Below, in pieces: positions 59,193 to 64,000 of a stretch of 64,000 nucleotides of DNA. Position numbers and translations under genes: made by a program. The stretch's first letter is position 1, and every line of letters begins with the position of its first letter. Source of the DNA: Trueperaceae bacterium (lineage in GTDB: Bacteria > Deinococcota > Deinococci > Deinococcales > Trueperaceae); the NCBI GenBank assembly GCA_965214405.1, contig OZ243956.1, positions 544,001 to 608,000 on the forward strand, written 5' to 3'. The notes below the pieces were generated by a model. It was not told the DNA's origin, did no database searches, and was given only the letters and a program-made list of their open reading frames with translations.

Positions 59193-59930
59193 ATGCCCCA
59201 CGCATTTCGTCAACCAGCCACCCTTTTGAACGGGTTGTGTCTCGTTCTGGCTCTCACGGGTTACGGGAGCGCGCAAACGCTCTCCGCCGACCAGGTCCTC
59301 GCCAACTTGCAAACGAGCGGCGAGACGCTACAAGACGCTTCTTTTACACTTACGGGCAGCGTCACGGAGAGCAGCGCCGACACACCCTTGGAGCTCAACG
59401 TCCAGCTCATCCCGGAACAAAAGCTCATCCGCGCCGACATCCTCCAGCCCGCCGCGCTGGCCGACAACTTTATCGTCGTCGATGACCAGGCGTTCTACAA
59501 CTATCTTTTTGTGACCAATCAGGTCACAGTCTTAGACACCAACGACCCCGACGCGCTGGCGGGGCTTTTTCCCGACGCGCAGGCGCAAGTGGAGGAGGCG
59601 GGCGAGGAGTTTGATTTCGACCTCTCGCTGGACAGCTTGTCCGAGGGCTGGGACGTCGCGCTCGAGGGCTACGGCGAAAGCCCCGTGGGCAACGTGTACA
59701 CCCTCCGCTTTACCAACCAAGACGACACCGCCACCGTACGCACCGTCGAGGCCGACATCGTGGACGGAGAAGCGGACGGCAACTGGTATCCTTATACGCT
59801 CACGTTCCTAAACGCCGACAGTACCCCACTCGCCAGCCTCACCTTTGAGAACTTCAAGCGCGACACGGGGCTCAATCCTGCCGACCTACGCTCTATCCCC
59901 CGCGACGCGGAAGTGATAGACGAAAGGTAA
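59193..59930 (+). CDS. LolA-like outer-membrane lipoprotein carrier family protein
   Basis: Signal peptide; QPAALADNFIV...YNYLFVTNQV; C-terminal IPRDAEVI. Confidence 0.72.
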   Translation: MPHAFRQPATLLNGLCLVLALTGYGSAQTLSADQVLANLQTSGETLQDASFTLTGSVTESSADTPLELNVQLIPEQKLIRADILQPAALADNFIVVDDQAFYNYLFVTNQVTVLDTNDPDALAGLFPDAQAQVEEAGEEFDFDLSLDSLSEGWDVALEGYGESPVGNVYTLRFTNQDDTATVRTVEADIVDGEADGNWYPYTLTFLNADSTPLASLTFENFKRDTGLNPADLRSIPRDAEVIDER

Positions 59931-59948
59931 CGCCTCCCGTCCCGCTCG

Positions 59949-61340
59949 TTAAGAAAGCTCCCCGACCATCTTTTCCGGCACCACGATGCGGTCGAACTCT
60001 TCGGGGGTGAGAAACTCGAGCCTCTGCGCCGCCTCCTTGAGCGTCAGCCCCTCGGCGTGCGCGGTTTTGGCGATCTTGGCGGCTTTGTCATAGCCGATGT
60101 GCGTGTTGAGCGCGGTCACCAGCATGAGCGAGTTGTCCAGATGCTCCTTGATGCGCGCGCGGTTGGGCTCGAGGCCGACGGCGAGATTGTCATTGAAAGA
60201 GGCGCAAGCATCTTTCAAGAGGCGCGCGGAGGTGAGCAGGTTGTAAATCATCACCGGCTTGAAGACGTTGAGCTGGAGGTGCCCGTGGGTGCCCGCGACG
60301 GCGACGGCGGCGTCGTTGCCGATAACCTGCGCGCAAGCCATCGTCATCGCCTCCGCCTGGGTGGGGTTGACCTTACCCGGCATGATGGACGAGCCCGGCT
60401 CGTTTTCGGGGATGAGAAATTCGCCCAGCCCGCTCCGCGGCCCCGACGCGAGCAGGCGGACGTTGTTGGCGATGGTAAACAAGCTCACCGCCACGCGCTT
60501 CAAAGCGCCCGAAGCTTCGACCACCGCGTCATGCGCGCTCAAGGCCTCAAACTTGTTGTCGGCGCTCACGAACGGGTAGCCCGTTTCCTCGGCAATTTTT
60601 TGGGCGACCCGCTCCGCAAAACCCTTGGGGGTATTGAGGCCGGTGCCCACGGCGGTGCCGCCCAAGGCGAGTTCGCGGAGGTGATTGAGAGAACCGTCAA
60701 GCGCCTCCATTCCCTTTTTAAGCTGCGCCGCGTAACCCGACAGCTCCTGACCCACGGTCAAGGGCGTCGCGTCCATGAGGTGCGTGCGGCCTATCTTGAC
60801 CACGTCCATAAACTCGCGCGACTTCGCCGCAAAGGTGCCTTGCAGCCTCGCCAGTTCCGGCAGCAGCTCCCCCTGAATCGCCGTGTACGCCGCGATGTGC
60901 ATCGCCGTCGGGAAGGTGTCATTCGAGGACTGCGACTTGTTCACGTCGTCGTTAGGGTGGACCGGCGTCTTGGAGCCCATCTCCCCACCCGCCCGCTCAA
61001 TCGCGCGGTTGGCAATCACCTCGTTCACGTTCATGTTCGACTGCGTGCCCGAACCCGTCTGCCACACAACCAAGGGGAAGTGCTCGTCAAGATCGCCCGC
61101 AAGAATCTCGTCGCAAACTTTGGCTATGGCGTCTGCTTTCTCTTGCGGAAAGTCCGTCAACTCGGCGTTGGTCAGCGCGGCGGCCTTTTTAAGAACCGCA
61201 AAGGCGCGAATGACCTCCAAAGGCATCCGCTGCCCGCCGATTTTGAAGTTTTCCAGGGAGCGCTGCGTCTGCGCGCCCCAGTATTTGTCGGCGGGAACTT
61301 GCACCTCGCCCATCGTGTCTTTTTCAGTTCGGTAATCCAT
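59949..61340 (-). CDS. fumC: Fumarate hydratase class II
   Basis: [26 protein letters not shown]. Confidence 0.97.
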   Translation of the reverse strand: MDYRTEKDTMGEVQVPADKYWGAQTQRSLENFKIGGQRMPLEVIRAFAVLKKAAALTNAELTDFPQEKADAIAKVCDEILAGDLDEHFPLVVWQTGSGTQSNMNVNEVIANRAIERAGGEMGSKTPVHPNDDVNKSQSSNDTFPTAMHIAAYTAIQGELLPELARLQGTFAAKSREFMDVVKIGRTHLMDATPLTVGQELSGYAAQLKKGMEALDGSLNHLRELALGGTAVGTGLNTPKGFAERVAQKIAEETGYPFVSADNKFEALSAHDAVVEASGALKRVAVSLFTIANNVRLLASGPRSGLGEFLIPENEPGSSIMPGKVNPTQAEAMTMACAQVIGNDAAVAVAGTHGHLQLNVFKPVMIYNLLTSARLLKDACASFNDNLAVGLEPNRARIKEHLDNSLMLVTALNTHIGYDKAAKIAKTAHAEGLTLKEAAQRLEFLTPEEFDRIVVPEKMVGELS

Positions 61341-61440
61341 ACGTCCTCCATTGGCAACCTCGAGACTCGCAACGTCAGCACAATAGGGCCTATGCTAACG
61401 CAAAGTTTAAGGTGGTGAGAATTTAATGACGGCTCTAATC

Positions 61441-62415
61441 TTACTTGGCAAGCGCGAACCGCAGCGCGTGCGACAACCCGTTGCGCCAATTGACCCAGTT
61501 ATGTCCGGCGTGTCGCTCCGCATAAGCGTGTTCGTAACCCTTGGCTTCCAACACCTCATGCACGCGCCGGTTTATGTTGGTGAGCCACTCGAGCGTCCCC
61601 ACCTCCGTATACCAGCGAATCGGCTCCCGCTCCCGCGCCTCTAGTTCCGACGCCACCCACGACTGCTCGCTTTTGTAAAAGTCCATATCCTCGGGCGTGC
61701 CCAAAAAGGCCCCTGACTGCGCGACGACCGTCCCGAACAACTCGGGATGATGAAGCGCCAGCGTCGCGCTCACGAGCCCGCCCAGACTCGCGCCCATCGC
61801 CGCACGCTCGTCCGTGGTCTTTAGCCGCTCCTCCACAAAGGGGACGAGCTCGTTGGCCATAAACGCGCGGTAGTGGGGGTTAAAGCGGTACTCCTTGCTT
61901 CGGCTGATGGGCTCGACAAAGACGAGGTGTGCAGGCCGAATGAGGTCGTCTTTGAGCAGCGCCTCCAGCACCTCGTTTAGTTTGGCAATCCGAAAGTAGG
62001 CGGTGCCGTCTTGCACGTACACGCAGGGCAGCGCCTCGTTTTCAAAACCCTTGGGTGTGTAGAGGGTGAGGCGGCGGGTTTGGCTTAAGTGGGCGGACTC
62101 GAGCCTATGCCGCTGCACCTCCCCCGTCGCCAAGCTCTCTTTTATATGGGCGTGAGGGTCCGCGCGGTAGTCGGGGCCGATGACGGCGCTTGCGTTCGGG
62201 TACCAAGGATTATCCGCCTTTGTCTCATTCTGCGGGTCCGCGCGCATCTTCCCCTCGGCGTCCAGAAAGGCGTATTCAAAATACGCGTCGTCGGAAAGCT
62301 CAAAGGAAAATTTAGCCACTTTTGAGGCGTCCACCGGGTGCGGGTCGCGCTCCATGTCGGTGTGGTCAGAGACAATGTGGGTGGCCCAGTCGGGGATGTG
62401 GATGGTGACGTTCAT
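61441..62415 (-). CDS. Esterase, alpha/beta hydrolase (Fes-like)
   Basis: GASLGG nucleophile elbow; AGHNW catalytic His. Confidence 0.87.
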   Translation of the reverse strand: MNVTIHIPDWATHIVSDHTDMERDPHPVDASKVAKFSFELSDDAYFEYAFLDAEGKMRADPQNETKADNPWYPNASAVIGPDYRADPHAHIKESLATGEVQRHRLESAHLSQTRRLTLYTPKGFENEALPCVYVQDGTAYFRIAKLNEVLEALLKDDLIRPAHLVFVEPISRSKEYRFNPHYRAFMANELVPFVEERLKTTDERAAMGASLGGLVSATLALHHPELFGTVVAQSGAFLGTPEDMDFYKSEQSWVASELEAREREPIRWYTEVGTLEWLTNINRRVHEVLEAKGYEHAYAERHAGHNWVNWRNGLSHALRFALAK

Positions 62416-62433
62416 AACGCTAAAGTGCCCGTC

Positions 62434-62613
62434 TTATGGTCCGGTCTCCAATTCCCCAAAAGGCGTCCGCTCTTCTCCTCTAACCTTGGCAACCATCGCC
62501 AAATCGTAGAGGTCCTCGAGCAGTGCTTCGTACGCTTCCAAAGAGAGGATGACGTCCGTTTTTTGGCCTTCACTGTCAATAATGTAGCGGGGTTCGCGCT
62601 CTGTCACTGCCAT
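62434..62613 (-). CDS. Small RelB-like antitoxin-type protein, 59 aa (orphan, possibly truncated)
   Basis: MAVTEREPRYIIDSEGQKTDVILSLEAYEALLEDLYDLAM; TATACT-N6-ATG start; below the ORF-track cutoff. Confidence 0.65.
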   Translation of the reverse strand: MAVTEREPRYIIDSEGQKTDVILSLEAYEALLEDLYDLAMVAKVRGEERTPFGELETGP

Positions 62614-62690
62614 AGCGTGAGTATAGCAAGCCGCGTAGAGAAACGCTCACGCCGCAAATTTGTCACGGAGACTTCATGTAAACTTAGAGC

Positions 62691-63872
62691 ATGACACAGC
62701 CCTTCGATACCGCAAAGGCCGACGCGCTTGAAGCCAGCACTTTAGAAGACAAAGCCTGCTTGAAGTGGCAGCAACACCCCACCGGGGTCTTGCCCCTCTG
62801 GGTGGCCGACATGGATTTTCCCACCGCCAAGCCTATTCAGGAGGCGCTCGAGGCCTACGCCAAAAGTAATAATCTGGGCTATCCCTCGTGGGACGGGCTG
62901 CCGGGGCTCAAGGAGAGCGTGCAGGCGCGCTTGAAAACGCGTTACGGCTGGGAGGTCGAGCCCTCACAAATCTACCCGCTCAGCGGCATCGTTACCGGCC
63001 TCTTTTTGGGCTCCCTGGCGCTCGCCAGCGAGGGCGAAGAGGTTATCGTCCAGTCGCCCATCTACCCACCTTTTATGATGGCCGTCGAGGAGACGGGGCG
63101 GGCGCCGCTCTACAATCCGCTCGTTCAGGGGCCAAGCGGTTGGGAAATAGATTTTGACGGTCTGGAAGCCCTCGTCACCCCCGCCACGCGCCTGCTGATG
63201 CTCTGCAACCCGCACAACCCCACCGGGCGCGTGTTCCGGCGCGACGAGTTGGAACGCTTGGCGGACTTCGCGCTGCGCCACCGGCTTTGGGTCGTGTCGG
63301 ACGAACTTCACAGCGATTTGGTCTACGAGGGCGAGAAGCACATTCCTATCGCCTCACTAAACAAGGAGATTGCTGAACGCACCATTACGCTCTTTGGACC
63401 CACCAAAACGTTCAACATTGCAGGACTCAAAATCGGCTTTGCGGTGTCGCAGAACGAGAGGCTGCTCGAGCGTATCAAAGCGCGGGCGCACGGCCTCGTG
63501 GGCGCGCCCAACGTGATGGCGCAGGCGGCGACGATGGCCGCGTACGGGCGCGGGGAGGCGTGGCTCGAGGGGGCGCTTACCTATCTGGACGGCAACCGCC
63601 GCTTTATCAAAGGTTTTTTAGACGAGCACCTGCCGGAAGTGGGGTACATCCAGCCCGAAGGCACCTACCTCGCCTGGCTCGACTTTCGCGCGTGGGGGCT
63701 GGGCGACGACCTCTACCCGTTTTTGTTGGAAAAGGCCAAGGTCGGGCTCAACGACGGCCCCGGTTACGGCCCCGGCGGTGAGGGCTTCGCGCGGCTCAAC
63801 TTTGCGACCTCTCGAGGGATTGTCGAGGAGGCGCTGACGCGTATCCGCGACGCCCGGCGCGCGCGTGTTTGA
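62691..63872 (+). CDS. MalY/PatB family PLP C-S lyase
   Basis: [37 protein letters not shown]. Confidence 0.93.
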   Translation: MTQPFDTAKADALEASTLEDKACLKWQQHPTGVLPLWVADMDFPTAKPIQEALEAYAKSNNLGYPSWDGLPGLKESVQARLKTRYGWEVEPSQIYPLSGIVTGLFLGSLALASEGEEVIVQSPIYPPFMMAVEETGRAPLYNPLVQGPSGWEIDFDGLEALVTPATRLLMLCNPHNPTGRVFRRDELERLADFALRHRLWVVSDELHSDLVYEGEKHIPIASLNKEIAERTITLFGPTKTFNIAGLKIGFAVSQNERLLERIKARAHGLVGAPNVMAQAATMAAYGRGEAWLEGALTYLDGNRRFIKGFLDEHLPEVGYIQPEGTYLAWLDFRAWGLGDDLYPFLLEKAKVGLNDGPGYGPGGEGFARLNFATSRGIVEEALTRIRDARRARV

Positions 63873-64000
63873 CCCGTACCCATTAGAACTCGAGCGCTGC
63901 ACCCGCTGCCCGCGCCTGGTTAGGCACCGCGAAGAAGTTGCCCGCACCAAACGCCGCAGTTACCGCGAACACTCCTATTGGGGTCGCCCCGTGCCCGGCT
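63865..64000 (+). CDS. Uracil-DNA glycosylase family 5 (UdgB-like), N-terminal part
   Basis: [22 protein letters not shown]...YWGRPVPG; runs off window. Confidence 0.85.
   Translation, partial: MFDPYPLELERCTRCPRLVRHREEVARTKRRSYREHSYWGRPVPG

Noticed and set aside
60057..61418. 453-aa plus-strand ORF
   Set aside because: Antisense shadow of fumC produced by high-GC codon bias

Overview
GC-rich (roughly 60-65% by eye) chromosomal window, most consistent with Deinococcota (Truepera-like). This rests on litR/carH-ldrP, mqnD, bshA, a DUF4384-PEGA envelope protein and many leaderless TAnnnT-N5-7-ATG starts. Most genes are housekeeping (rpiA, acpS, ispG, glpKD, prs, nnr, thrB, tsaD, fumC). tRNA-Leu(TAA) is followed by a dead tyrosine-integrase fragment and an old island. 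The island holds a LacI-controlled sugar ABC transporter, a secreted beta-helix protein, a GH42 beta-galactosidase, two PhyH-type Fe/2OG dioxygenases and AraC, then an IS4 element interrupted by an IS630. The best candidate for an undescribed system is a translationally coupled SDR / divergent QueA paralog / VOC / VOC operon. It lies next to an AirS/YhcY-type Cys-cluster GAF kinase and a NarL regulator, with a perfect palindromic site upstream and a divergent TlpA-CcdA pair. Other notable points: strong over-representation of CTCGAG, a CarH homolog lacking its B12-ligating His, an orphan DUF692 (MNIO) enzyme, several pseudogenes and frequent micro-duplications. All calls come from motif recognition by eye; no database searches were run.
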